Source: Leptogorgia sarmentosa (taxonomy: Eukaryota). Taken from it: a DNA stretch of 64,000 nt. This document shows, in pieces, positions 37,111 to 50,382 of this stretch (positions are counted from its first letter, which is position 1; every line of letters starts with the position of its first letter). Location: positions 18,538,001 through 18,602,000 of the forward strand of contig OZ210885.1 in NCBI GenBank assembly GCA_964658305.1, written 5' to 3'. Made by a program: the position numbers and the translations under genes. Under the pieces are notes generated by a model, which saw only the letters and a list, made by a program, of their open reading frames with translations, was not told where the DNA came from and ran no database searches.

Positions 37111-40100
37111 ATAACACCGAGTCATTACAAACCAGACATGAATCATGTAGAACCAGACATTTTGCCTTTTGGCCTTTAGTTATGAAAGCAGTTCACTTGT
37201 TGACCAATTGAATTGCAGATTTAAGCAATATTATTACAGTCTGGAAAAGGATTCATGAATGGGCCAATCACATAAATATATCAAGAACTGATTTCCGTTT
37301 GTAACCAATCAGCAGGCGTGCCTTCAATTAGGATGTCATCAGTTTGTAATTTTCACATAACAAGCTGTTTCCTGATATATACCATACCCTACCTTATAAT
37401 TACGCTGACTGTTACCCAACTTTGTGTATGCTGTATAGTCACAATACGTTTCAAAAGTCAGAAGGAAATTGTGAATTACAATTTTCAGACTGACTCGAAG
37501 CAAGTGATAATGGGCAAAAGAGCCTAGCTGTTACTATTCAACAGTTATGGCACATCGCAATACTGAAGTCCTGAATTAAGTGAATATAGACAATATATTC
37601 ACATATGTGCAGGCATAACTATGTATCCCTGAGGAACACCAATTTTTTTGCATCAAAATCCAGAAATGCTTTAAAGAATATATTGAATGAAATATATTAC
37701 TTTATTTACAGGTTGCATCGCAATGCGCGTTGCCGACCTTGTGCGAATGTTATGAATTGGATGCTAAAGCGGTTTCTATCACATGTAATAGAAATGCTTA
37801 GAATACGTGTGTCCAATTTATGTCAAGTAAAAATCTTTTCTTTGCGATATTATAATGGCGGGGCTGCCGGCGGACGACATCAAAGAAAAACGCGTGCATT
37901 TTTGGCACGATAAAGAAGCGTGTAAATAACAGTATTGAATTCGAGGTTCATTCAGCATAAATATTAAATAAAGACTAAAGTGAACCGACATTAATGGTTA
38001 CCCACCATACCTTGAATTGAGACGAAGTATGTATGGACAGGATGAAACATCGATTGTAACATCGCCACATCTCATTGAACAGGATAGAGAGAATTCCAAT
38101 TTCGTTACATTTGAAGAAATAAGCTCTTTGACAATTAAGGTTATGTTTGGATAATGATAGACATTTTTGATCCCATGAATCCTGACGGATGTACCAGTAC
38201 TACATTGATATGAAAATCAATGCAGTATACAATTGCTGGTCGTTTTGCAGAAGTCAAAAACATGGAAACCTTTTTCAGTTTTCGCGCAATGACAATCGCA
38301 GTAGGCGAAACTGCAGTTTCCAATCCGACCAATTAGAGTCATAGTCAGTTAATCACTTACTATACTCTAGAAAAGGTTTCATGCCATGACCAATCGCATT
38401 TCTTCGGCAAGAACTGATTTCCGTTTTTAACCAATCACATGGAGCCATTATTGCTACGTAGGCATCTCATTATTATATGTCCGTGGAATGTTTTGTTCCA
38501 TGTCATGCCAGCCCTTGTCGTCACTTATGGCATGCAAGAATCAGACTATATGCACACTATTAGTATACAAGAGTTCAGCAACTGAGTTTTGTTGCGCTCA
38601 TCTTTATTCGTGGTGCTGGCATTTAGTGAAAAATTCGCATGTTCTTTGAGATGTGCGTGTTTTATGGAAACACATTTGTAGATGGTTTATTCAGACCAAC
38701 ACATGACAGAATTTCTTTCAAAAATCCGATGATATATAATCGCATTATCACACACTGACGCAAATGTCGCATTAATCTCTCCTTTGCAGTAGAGTGTTTG
38801 TACTTTGTCGCATGTTTTATGACGGAGTTACAACGGAGTAATGTTGATCCATTGATAATGGTTTGCAAAGCACTAATTGACCGACCAGTGCAACGAATAT
38901 GTACGTTGGCATAAGTCTGTAACTATTCTGAAAATATTTAATATTAAAAGTAATGATAAAATATATACAGTTCATTTACAAAATCAATCATACATATTTA
39001 CATTATTGGTAAATTTCATGGGTATAGCACGTCAATATGGGGCGAGTGTGGGTTGAGGAAACAAGATCACGATAACCAGAACAATTGGGGTCTTCTTATG
39101 AGGGGTCGGCAATGGATGCCTACAGTGGATTGCTATTGAAAAGGTTTCTTGAAACAATTTCGGTTTTCGACCAATCACATTTTTATTTTTCACTATTGAC
39201 CAATCACACACCTTATCGTTATTAATCACATTTGCTCTGGAGTCCCACTATCATTCCTTCGAGTTCGTTCTTCATCTAGCTGTTTTGGTTGCCTTCCTCA
39301 CACCATTATAATAATATTTGTATTATATACCGCCCAACCTCGTGTTTAAGATGGCGGAACAGGTAAATATATCTATTTTATTAAAAACGATGCTGTTGTA
39401 CAGTATTTCAGCCATGCTTACTGCCTTTTGACGTTCATTTTAGACGATTCATAAAGGTTCAACTACCGGCGAGAAATGTGCGCATGCTGAATTTCCTAAT
39501 CAAGAAGGTTAGTAGTTTCTTCTGTTGATGTTGCCGGTTCTTCTTGCGGCCTATATCAATTATAGTATATCTAAAAGCTATATGTCCATAATTTGCATCT
39601 AATCTGCGATATGTGAGACTATGGCACATCAACAAAATATGTGTCAGCTTGGGCATGATTTCAACTCGCACCTTAATGATTTTATCGATTCAACTGAGTG
39701 TTGTTGGTGGTGAATTCTATAGTTCTGATTAAAATTAGTTCACATTGCCGAGGCTGGTTGCTCGTTATTAACTTATGTAGTACAACTTGTTGTATAGTTA
39801 TAAAGTGTACAACTTCCTGAAAAATCTTTCCTGAAATGTAAAATAAATATATACATGCATATATCTTCTACTTGAATTGAGTATGGTTTGAGTTTTGCCA
39901 GTAGTGCATGCATAGCTAGTTGACTAGTTCTTAGTTTATACTATATAGTTCAATAGTTGACCCTTGTTATATACATAGAGAACAAATTAATGAACAGATG
40001 ACAACGAAACCCGAATTTAAATACCCAATTTGTCCAACAGCTGACAAAATCACAAATTCTTACTATCCCAAATGTTCATTTTTCATAGTACTGGTCAGGG

Positions 40101-41514
40101 TAAGACATTTTACATGCATGCATGTAACCTATAAAATGAAGCTAGAAGCAATTTAATACTTGGACTACTACAGTGAATAAATATTGCATTACCCCTTAGG
40201 TTAGGGTTTCTGTTTCTTTTAATGACCATTATCTCAGAGTAATCCGCTTTATTTGCAGTTGAAGGATATAGTTACGAGCACTGCGTCATGAATGCCCAGA
40301 CAGCAAAACTTTCATAAGCTATACGCATTACATCAGTCATAACCCTTGAAAAAAACTATGATGTCTCAACTATATAGTAAAATTTGATAAAAAAAACATT
40401 TCGCGTTTAATATAATCAACAATCGTATCGATATTACGCGGATCCATGTTTCGCGTCTTTAATGCCTTGTCACCCGATGCCAAGATTTATTAGATATGCA
40501 CTTATATTCCCTTATATCAGTTTACTAAGTCAGAAAGATTTTATCGCGTTGTAACATATGCCAAGGGGCAAGGGCAAACAAAATCTCACTGATTGTACAA
40601 GTTATCATTACATGTAAAAATCAAATACATGTGGAATTTCATTTTCACAGCTGTATCGACTAAGACTACAGGCTCAATTGTGGAATTTGAAATCCCAATA
40701 AACTCATGGCATGTTCTTAATACGTCAACACCTCACAAACCTTTAAAGTAAATTATCACAAATATGTCATCTTTAATGACATGGTTGAAAATTTTATATA
40801 AATATCCGACTTAGAAAATTTCTGATCCATAGTATCCGATTTGAGGTACAAACTAAGAAATATACTATATACAGAGCCAAGAATTGGAGCTCGGAATTGA
40901 GCTGTGTCTATGTGCAATGGGGGAAGTAGTCCTGCATGGAGATTATAAAAATTCGGCAATCAGCAATTGTGCAGCCTTCATTCGTATCAAAATATGCATT
41001 GCTCATTTCTCAACATTAAAATGGCAGTAGTGCAGTGATATAAGCAAGCACACATAAAGAATTCTCATCGTTGATGGTTGCTTCATTTGTCTATTGTTTA
41101 CTAATAATATAAAATAAAATGCAATAGAAAAAATACAATGGACAAAAATTTGGAAATTTATTTTAACGTTTCGTCAAAGACCAACTAATAACATTATGTA
41201 CAAGCGTATTTGTTGGATTACTATACCTAATTGTAATCATGCATGCGGATGAAAAGTACATGGAGAGTGATACATATGAGTGTGCGGAAATGAAAAAATT
41301 AATTTCGAGAGTAGATATGTGAAATAATCATTTTTACCAGTAGTTAATATAATGAAAATTGTAAAAACTTGTGATGGTGAACCAGCCCGATCATTTTATA
41401 ATGCAATTCAAAATTTGAGTCATGCTATTAAATTTGTTCAGTGATCGACACGGATCGAAATATTTCACATAATCTACAGGGTTCTGCCTGTCTCTTGTGA
41501 TCAATAAAAGGCAG

Positions 41515-43067
41515 TTATTTACGGATTCCAATTACAGGTTGATAGTGTTTACACTGATTTATTAAATATATTTTTTTCTCGGAACAGCCCTTTCCCCCCC
41601 AGTGTACTTGGATTATGTGTCACCCATTTGTACCGTTCCATACCTTTAGTGAACACCATTATTGTTGTTTTTAGGAGGTCTGCTGTGGCAAAAATCTCCT
41701 TGTCAGTCACCCATGTCCCTTCCTTTTCCATTTGAGAATTTTCCAGATAACGTTCATAACCTTCCCCACAATTCGTTTCCCTTGTTCGTGCCATTGTTCT
41801 CTCATAAAACATACCACTACTGAACGGACTTTATGATGTTCCTTCATATCAATATCACCCGTCAGCCAGTAGCATATAGCACGAAAGAAACAATTTCCGT
41901 CGGCAATCACTTCAACTTTTTTCTCCGGATTGCTGAAAACAGACATGCTTTCGGTTTTGGCAGGGATTGTGCTTTGAAATCCTACCTGAAGTTGGGAGCA
42001 CTTCAATGTCTGCCATTTTTTATCGATGGGAGAGAATCCGTTGATTGGGGTTGGAGGTGACATGGTTGTCATATCACAATCATCAGAGCTGCTTTCTGCT
42101 GCAAACAATTTCCTGCAGTAGTCTTGATGAATCATTCCCAGGTCTTGTTCGGTCGGAAAATGTAGCTCGAAATGTTTGCCACTTGCCCTCATTTCCACAG
42201 CCGAAAGAATGAACTTTCTGTCCACCACAGCTTCGTCTCTCCTAATAGGCCATCGATATCGGCCATCCCATTTTTGGACAAATTCTATGTCCAGCTTCTC
42301 TCCATTTTCCAAAATGCTTTTCACCCTTCCAATGTAAAAACGTTCCTCAAAGGAGATAGCCAACCATGAATGGACATTTACTTTCTAAAAAAGAATTATG
42401 TATACGATGATAATTTCCAAAAGAAGCCAAAATTATAGCCATTGTTTTTTGTAGTGCCTTAATTCTTTCAATGCTGCTCAGTTTAAAAGCACCAAAAATT
42501 ACCTGTTCGCAGGTTGTCGGGTGAATTGGTTTTTGTTTCTTTTTCGAAACCTGAACACTGTTTTCCTAGAAATAAGAAATTCGTTGTCAATTTTTGCTCT
42601 TTTCTGGAAATTTTGACAAGCGAATCATTTCATGTGTATTCACCTTTTTTACGCTTTTTCTTTTATTTCGGTGTCTTTTTGATTCATTGATTTGGTTATC
42701 ACCTGACTATAAAACAGGAAAAAGAAAATTTTGATAAGTACATGATAGTACACTTGAAATTGAAAAGTAGAAACACTTGCATTCATTTTTTTTGTTAAGT
42801 TTCACTGTACTTACCTTTTCCTTTTGTCTCTCATTATTTTGTCCTACGTCTTTTTCGCTTGAACTCTATAGAATTAAACAGTAGCTACGTTAGGTCATAC
42901 GTTTAGTCATTTATTGTCATAGCTAATATTTTTTTCTTTTATTTATGTATAAATGATAAGCAAATATTTTGCGTTTAGTTGACTTGTAATATAGTCATCA
43001 TTACCTCCACATGATCTATTACGTCGTCAATGAGGACATCACTTTCATGTTTTTCTTTCACATCCTG
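41515..43067 (-). pseudogene. Spliced gene with C-terminal OTU-like cysteine protease
   Basis: IADGNCFFRAI, W..DKEIFATADLL, KHYQPV (Asp/Cys/His motifs). An upstream Tudor-like FYIGRV..YRWP segment and small GT-AG exons at ~42500-43067. Two frameshifts. Confidence 0.7.
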
Positions 43068-43396
43068 GGAAAATTTTTTATTTTTAATATAAAAAAATAT
43101 AACCTCGAATATAAATCTGTCCTGCCTGTGGCAAAAATATTTATTTTAATCCAACAAGTAGAGTCATGCATGAATGTTGATTCCTGAAAGTGTGGTAACA
43201 ACATAGATGAATGAGTAAAACGTCAATAGACATACTTGGATCGATTTTTTTCTTCATTTTTTTCATTGCCTTTCAAATGTGATAGGTTAAATGGCTGTAA
43301 AAGCAGAGATGAGCCTATAAGTTACATCGAAACCACGACATATTCATTATATAGGATTAAAGTGAAGTACTTTTATCTTATGATAAATGTAAATTT

Positions 43397-43448
43397 CATC
43401 CTCTTGGATGAAACAGGCTGCAGTGGCACTTTTTGAGGCAAAACTATA
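43397..43448 (+). mobile_element. PLE pLTR 3' fragment ending in (TA)n
   Basis: TCCTCTTGGATGAAACAGGCTGCAGTGGCACTTTTTGAGGCAAAACTATA matches 45615-45665. Confidence 0.7.
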
Positions 43449-43606
43449 TATATATATATATATATTTTTAGATCAAGTAAGCTATAGAAGCTATCGTTAT
43501 ATGATAGGAACTATCGCATACAAAATCGAACGGATAGAGTGCTCGATGCGTGTGCAGAGCGGTATAAGATAAGATAAATTGAGAAACACAAGTTACTTCA
43601 TCGAAA

Positions 43607-43664
43607 ATTTACTACAGAACTGTTTCGTATGACAAGTTGAACTTGCCACACTCCTCAGGTAAAT
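43607..43664 (-). ncRNA. Type I hammerhead ribozyme
   Basis: Inverted copy of 44348-44405. Confidence 0.85.
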
Positions 43665-44347
43665 AATAAAATATCACAACAGCGTAACAGAATATATACA
43701 GAAGAGATGGATATGCTATCATATTACAGTAATAGGAATTTCTTGCGATGTCGGCAAGCATTAAAGTTAAGCTACAGTTGTATGCCAAATGTACAAAGCA
43801 TCATTTCAACACACAACAAAAGCATCCTATGCAAAGAAGCCAGCAAGAACACTAACCCAGTTAACAAATGCAACTGCCGCAAGAAAGACACCTGCCCACT
43901 GAAAGGAGAATGCCAGACAAAAGGCGTTATTTACCAGGCCACCGTGACAAACGAGACAACCAAAAAAGCAGAAACCTACGTAGGACTCACCGAAAACACA
44001 TTCAAGACACGATACTCGAACCACACCAGCTCTTTCCGGAACAAAACAAAGAGAAACGCCACGGAACTAAGCAAACACATCTGGAAATTAAAAGACTCTA
44101 ACACACAGTACACCATAAGTTGGAATATCCTAAAACACTCTCAACCCTACTCTAACAAAACAAAACGCTGTAACCTATGCCTATCCGAAAAACTTACAAT
44201 TATCTGTCAACCCGAACTAAGTTCCCTAAACAAACGCAACGAACTCGTATCCGCTTGCCGACATCGCAAGAAATTCCTATTACTGTAATATGATAGCATA
44301 TCCATCTCTTCTGTATATATTCTGTTACGCTGTTGTGATATTTTATT

Positions 44348-44405
44348 ATTTACCTGAGGAGTGTGGCAAGTTCAACTTGTCATACGAAACAGTTCTGTAG
44401 TAAAT
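44348..44405 (+). ncRNA. Type I hammerhead ribozyme
   Basis: ATTTAC CTGAGGA GTGTGGCAAGT-TCA-ACTTGTCATAC GAAA CAG-TT-CTG TA^GTAAAT. Confidence 0.85.
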
Positions 44406-44559
44406 TTTCGATGAAGTAACTTGTGTTTCTCAATTTATCTTATCTTATATATATTTTTATACAAAATTTGAATGTCAAATTGCTACGACTTCGGCTAGAA
44501 TTAGAGCATGCAGTACCAGTCACATGATCGACATAAATGTTTCGACAATTTTGGTTAAA

Positions 44560-45669
44560 AAAAAATAGCTGAGGCAAATTTGCATGTAGTAAATTTCTTA
44601 GATGTCACTTTCGATCTTAACAATGGAAAATTTAAGCCCTATAGCAAGCCTAATGACGATCCACTATACATAAACAAACATTCCAACCACCCAGCAAGCA
44701 TCATAAGACAACTCCCCACATCGATAAACAAGCACATTTCGACACTCTCATCAGATGAGAACACATTCCATGAAAGTGCTCCTGCTTACCAAAACGCACT
44801 AAGACACAGCAATTTCGACCACAAGCTTGAATACATGAAAGGCAATGCAACATCATTTGGTTTAATCCCCCTTTCAGCAAGAGTGTCAAGATACACATCG
44901 CACATGATTTCCTGGGCTTATTAGACATACATTTTCCACTTCACCACAAGCTACACAAGATTTTAAATAGGAACACAGTCAAGGTCAGTTACAGTTGCAT
45001 GAACAATGTCAAGTCTATAATTTCTAGGCACAACACACATATGATTAGGAAAAGTAAGCCACAGTGCGAGGCCACAGACCTATGCACTTGTGGAGACAAG
45101 AACACATGCTCACTTCAGGAAAAATGCATGACCAAAGACATAGTTTACAAGGCCACTGTCACTTGCACAAACAGCACAAAACAATACATAGGCATGACGG
45201 CAAATACATTTAAAGAGCGATATAGAAACCATATTAAATCATTTAACCACAAAAGGTACTTAAACGAAACAGAACTTTCGAAATATATTTGGGGACTAAA
45301 AGATAATAACAAAGATTTCGACATTACTTGGTCTATAATTAAGCATATTGTATTTCGTATACGGGAGGAACAAAAAGATGCAATTTATGTTTAGAAGAAA
45401 AGCTCTGTATTTTGAAAGATAAAAACAAACAAAATTTACTAAACAAAAAATCGGAAATAGTTTCGACATGTAATCATAAAAAGAAATACCTAGTAAACAA
45501 CATAAACAATGGAAGGAATGCATGCATTGTTTGACACCCATGCCCATGTTTCCAACTCAAAACACAGAAAACTTAAGCAGCAAACTTTTCGAAAGTTGTC
45601 AGCCATCTGATGATTCCTTTTGGATGAAACAGGCTGTAGTGGCACCTTTTTGAGGCAAAACTATACTAT
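44560..45669 (+). mobile_element. Hydra-clade-like PLE 3' part (RT thumb, GIY-YIG, pLTR)
   Basis: VNFLDVTFDL, PLYINKHSNHP, IVYKA..YIGMT..FKERYRNH, ETELSKYIW. Confidence 0.85.
45602..45643 (+). ncRNA. Type I hammerhead ribozyme
   Basis: GCCAT CTGATGA TTCC-TTTT-GGAT GAAA CAG-G-CTG TA^GTGGC. Confidence 0.8.
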
Positions 45670-45673
45670 AATG

Positions 45674-48130
45674 TAATATTTAATACAATTTTTCAATTCA
45701 ATAAGTTGCAACTTTAAGTTTCATGCAACAAGCAATCATCAGGCAACATAATGTACGGTTAAGTTGTTACGTTTTACTATACTTGCAATGTTTGTTGACA
45801 CGTGTTCGTTTGAATTGTCCCGTGTGGAATCTACATGCATGCATGCATTTCGTGAAAATTTCTGTACGCTTATTTAAATTAGAATTATAACTACGAAGTA
45901 TTTGCAATTTCTCTACAAAACATAAATTACATCTATTTCCACCGGTTTTGATTGAATTTGCTCTGGATAAGATGGACCACTTAATATTAAATTGTTTTCC
46001 ATTTTGTTTTAATTTCCAAACATATTTAGAAAGTTCAGTTTCATTCTCGTATTTAATGTCATTGAATGATTTCTTGTGGTTTCTGTATCTCTCTTTAAAT
46101 GTTGTCGCTGTCATACCAATGTAAGTTTTTATAACATTGTTGTCTTTCGGTTGTACTTCGGCTTGTTAAACTAAATCTTTCGTCAAGCACATATTGTTAA
46201 GTGGGCACTTGTTTACATTTGTACAGTTACAAAGCCCTTCAATGTTGTTATCTTTGGTGGATTCTTCGGATTTAGTTTCTCTCAATACGCGTTTATTGTG
46301 TCTCGATATGACGCTCTTGACATTATTCATACAGCTGTAGCTAACCTTGATTGTGTTTCGGTCGAAGATCTTATGAAGGGGCGATGTTTTGGGAAAATGT
46401 TTGTCGATTAATTTCAAGCGTTTGTATTGGTTTCTACGGTTTTGCTATACGGCGGGTTGAACCAGATAATTTTTCTCGTGCGTTTATGATTCTCGTTTTG
46501 TGATTGACTTTCTGCTGTAAGCGTTGTTTCAGCAGTCGAGTTTTTAAGTTTGGTGTTATAATTACTCTGCTTCAGGGTCTAGTCGTAAGTGGAAGCAACA
46601 GAATCAAAGGTTTCTTTGTCAGATGATAATGACGCGATTCTGTGGTTGATCACCGCTGGGAGTTGTTTGGTGATTGATGGAGGATGGTTGGATTCTTTGT
46701 GGATGTACAGTGGGTCGTTATTTGGTTTTCTGTAGGGTTATATGACTCCTTGTTTAAATTAAGCGTAACATCGAGGAAGTTAACAGTTTTGTAATTTACC
46801 TCGGCAGTGATTTTAAGTCCCAATTCTTTAAATGCCGAGCATAGATCTTTTCTTGCTTTATCGGCTAGTCTTGGACTGGTACCTTTGATCAAGGCTAATC
46901 CGTCATCTCTGTATAATCTGATGTAATTTCTATCAAATTTCGTGCTTAGTTTGTTTAATTCATACAAACCAACAAGTTCGCAGATTTCTGCACCATCAAA
47001 ATTTCCCATGGTAACGTCAAATGCTGCAGGACAGTTTCGTTTTATCCATGGTTTGGTTGAATCAAATAAAACAGATTTGCGGACGTTTTGATGATTGAAA
47101 CATGTTCGTCAGTAATGTCAACAATAGTTTTGGCCCAAGTGATAGCTTTATCGAGTAGTTCTTCACCAATAGAAGGGTGGTAGTCGACAATATCAAAAGA
47201 AACAAAGTTGTATTCTGATTTATGTTCGATATCTTTGAACCAGTTGATTACAGATTGGGTGTTTTTCCATTGATTTACGTTGGAGGTTGATCTGATTTCT
47301 TGGTTAATGGAATCCAGTATGGTTTTGCTTACTTTTCCAAGTTCACTTTTTGCAGGGTTGATTAATCGGCATTTGGGGTTCGATTCAAAGTTGTCCTTAT
47401 GGCCTTTCAGCGTAATGAAAGCTTCAGTTTCAGCCATAACATGAGCTCGGTTACCAATATTCAAATTGGAAGAAATTTCGTGCAGTTCCTGGTTAATATC
47501 ATCGGTTATACAGTCGTCTCCTAGTTTATAAGATTTCGTTATGTTCTCAGTTAATAGTTTGTTATATTCGGTTGGTGAAACTTCGTAGATGTTCTTTGTT
47601 TTATCTGCAAATACAAATACGTTCTTCGAAGTGTTGATGTCTTTTACATAATTTTTTATGATGTTGAGAAATGGTTCGTTGATGTTTCGAAAAGTTACGT
47701 TCTGAACCAGCTTCACAAGGTCGTCTTCAAAGGCTTTTAATTCACTCAGGGGTGGTGCATTGTTCTTTGAAGGCAGTCCGTAGTAATAGTTTTCACTTCT
47801 TGTCTCGCTTAACAAAAAATGGGCTTTCCATCTCATTCTTTGTGCGACACTTTTCACTTTTTGTACTAAGGTTCTATGGTACTGATTCCGCATCGGTAAT
47901 CTGATGTTCTTTAGCAAGTAGTTAAACCGTATCTTATTCATTTTGCGAATCGTAATTTATTCTCGTTACGAAGAGTGCACAACTGTTTCCAGGTGCTTTT
48001 TAATAATATCATCAAATGATTTCTTGTTTTCAAGAGTAAAGAGTGCTCAATACAAGACAATTGTAGAGCATTTAATAATAGTAATTTAATATTTAATACA
48101 ATTTTTCAATTGAATAAGTTGCAACTTTAA
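45674..48130 (-). mobile_element. Near full-length Hydra-clade-like PLE (~2.45 kb), decayed ORF 47941-45767
   Basis: MNKIRFNYLLKNI..RMRWKAHF, CRLINPAKSELG, SFDIVDY, MGNFDGAE, YRDDGL and GIY-YIG. Terminal direct repeat 45674-45717 / 48088-48130. Confidence 0.9.
45705..45747 (-). ncRNA. Type I hammerhead ribozyme
   Basis: GTTGC CTGATGA TTGC-TTGTT-GCAT GAAA CT-TAA-AG TT^GCAAC. Confidence 0.75.
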
Positions 48131-49802
48131 AAAATGATTTAAAAGACATCAACTATTCGAAGAACATATTTGTATTTGCAGATAAAACAAAGAACATCTA
48201 CGAAGTTTCACCAACCGAATATAACAAAGTATTAACTGAGAACATGACAAAATCTTATAAACTAGGAGACAACCGGATAACCGATGATATTAACCAGGAA
48301 CTGTGCGAAATTTCTTCCAATTTGAATATTGGTAACCGAGTTCATGTTATGGCTAAAACTGAAGCTTTCATTACCCTGAAAGACCATAAGGACAACTTTG
48401 AATCGAACCCCAAATGCCTATTAATCAACCCTGCAAAAAGTGAACTTCGAAAAGTAAGCAAAACCATACTGGATTCCATTAACCAAGAAATCAGATCAAC
48501 CTCCAACGTAAATCAATGGAAAAACACCCAATCTGTAATCAACTGGTTCAAAGATATCGAACATAAATAGTTTTGGGGCCAAAACTATTGTTGACATTAC
48601 TGACGAACATGTTTCAATCATCAAACACGCCCGCAAACCTGTTTTATTTAATTCCACCAAACCATGGATAAATCGAAACTGTCCTACAACATTTGACGTT
48701 ACCATGGGAAGTTTTTATGGTGCAGAAATCTGCGAACTTGTTGGTTTGTATTATTATATCTTTTGCACTTCCTTGCCTTCTATTTATTAAATTTGTAAAT
48801 ACTTAAGCTGTGGCAGAATAAATTGATTTGATTTGATAAGGAAAATAGTCACAATTCATAGCAAGTTAATATTTAGCGATTTTGCTAACTCTAGATTCAT
48901 ATCATAGCACGAATCTTCGAAGTGAAGGCACGAGGTCGCCGTAGCGTCAAAACCCGGGTTATGTTTACAGACAAATTTCACGCACTTATTCCGTCTCTGA
49001 GCATCTGTTTATTCATTAGGGAATAGATGCATAAATACTCCTTCAGTTTTGCTATCATTGACGCAGCTAACTAAGTTAGGACCGCCAGCAATGCAGAGTT
49101 TTCCTCCACGAGTAGCTTTTACGTCTATTAGAAATATACGCCATGTTAAAAATGTGTTACACTTGTGACATCACATGGCATTAAGATGGTGGTCAAAAAG
49201 TTCGCACGGAAGTAGCCAAAAATCGCAACTTTGAAAGGCTGTTTGCGGTAAACATATTCGGAGAGTAAGTACCTTAAAATAAGCCAATAAAAAAGGGGTC
49301 GAAAAATTCGTTGCAGTAACACTTTAAAGAATTGGGACTTAAAATCACTGCCGAGGAAAATTACAAAACTGTTAACTTCCTCGATGTTACGCTTAATTTA
49401 AACAACAAGTCATATAAACCCTACAGAAAACCAAGTAACGACCCACTGTACATCCACAAAGAATCCAACCATCCTCCGTCAAACACCAAACAACTCCCAG
49501 CGGCGATCAACCGCAGAATCGCGTCATTATCATCTGACAAAGAAACCTTTGATTCTGTTGCTTCCACTTACGACTAGGCCCTGAAGCAGAGTAATTATAA
49601 CACCAAACTTAAATACTCAACTGCTGAAACAACGCTTACAGCAGTAAGTCGATCACAAAACGAGAAGCATAAACGCACGAGAAAAATTATCTGGTTCAAC
49701 CCGCCGTATAGCAAAACCGTACAAACCAATATCGCCTGAAATTTCTTCAAATTAATCGACAAACATTTTCCCAAACCATCGCCCCTTCATAAGATCTTCA
49801 AC
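48131..49802 (+). mobile_element. Inverted, deleted second copy of the 45674-48130 PLE
   Basis: Peptides near-identical to the minus copy (TKSYKLGD.., LGLKITAE..); interrupted by unrelated DNA at ~48752-49322. Confidence 0.85.
48752..48837 (+). mobile_element. LINE 3' tail
   Basis: AATAAA followed by an (ATTTG)n tail. Confidence 0.4.
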
Positions 49803-49804
49803 AT

Positions 49805-50130
49805 AAGATCTGGCCATCAGTCGTTGGACAGGACAGCCTAAAATGCTATCAAGTGGTGTATTGCAATGACCAAGCAATGCAAGGTAAGGATCTTCATTGT
49901 TTTTCTTCGCCCTGCTGAAGATTTTCTTTGCTGTTTGAACCGCTCTTTCTGCATATCCGTTGCTTTGGGGATATCTGGGGGAACTCATTTCAGCAGTGAA
50001 TTTCTTGAAGTGGCGGTTATCATATTGTGGACCATTATCTCTCATTAACTTGTCAGGGATTCCATAACGGCTGATGTGCATCTTGATCTTCTTAATGATT
50101 GTCGTGGCTTTGGTGTCTTGGAGGTGTGTA
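49805..50130 (-). pseudogene. Gypsy integrase fragment
   Basis: RYGIPDKLMRDNGPQY, SSPRYPQSNGYAERAVQTAK, PYLALL..NTP. Confidence 0.85.
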
Positions 50131-50382
50131 TTTGCTTGTCTAATTCGAAAAGGTCTGTAGCAATATGCTGCCATGGTCGTGTCGGTAGACTCGGTGAGAG
50201 GAGGGGTGAGAGGAGTACATGGCTTGCATTTCTCAGTTTTGTTGTTCAATGAATTAATACACATGTTTTTATTTTTCAGCTTATCCACTGTTTAGGTTAA
50301 ACGGGCTTCGTACAACCGGCCCCAGAAAAGAATTGTCAGTATGACTATATTGCTGAGTGTGATCCATTTGATCATTATCATT

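Larger units (their letters stand above)
43465..44449. mobile_element. Hydra-clade-like PLE: GIY-YIG endonuclease flanked by inverted pLTRs
   Basis: Uninterrupted endonuclease frame to 44288 (CNCRKKDTCPLKGEC, VIYQA..YVGLT, LNKRNELVSACRH). Arms 43563-43760 and 44252-44449 look identical. Confidence 0.88.

Noticed and set aside
44520..44550. GAAACATTTATGTC on the minus strand as another hammerhead
   Set aside because: Only the 3' half is present; there is no CUGANGA box.
31361..49802. Selenocysteine recoding (Naiad-type PLEs) explaining TGA stops
   Set aside because: The endonuclease is C-terminal rather than N-terminal, the stops differ between copies and accompany frameshifts, and no SECIS was recognised.
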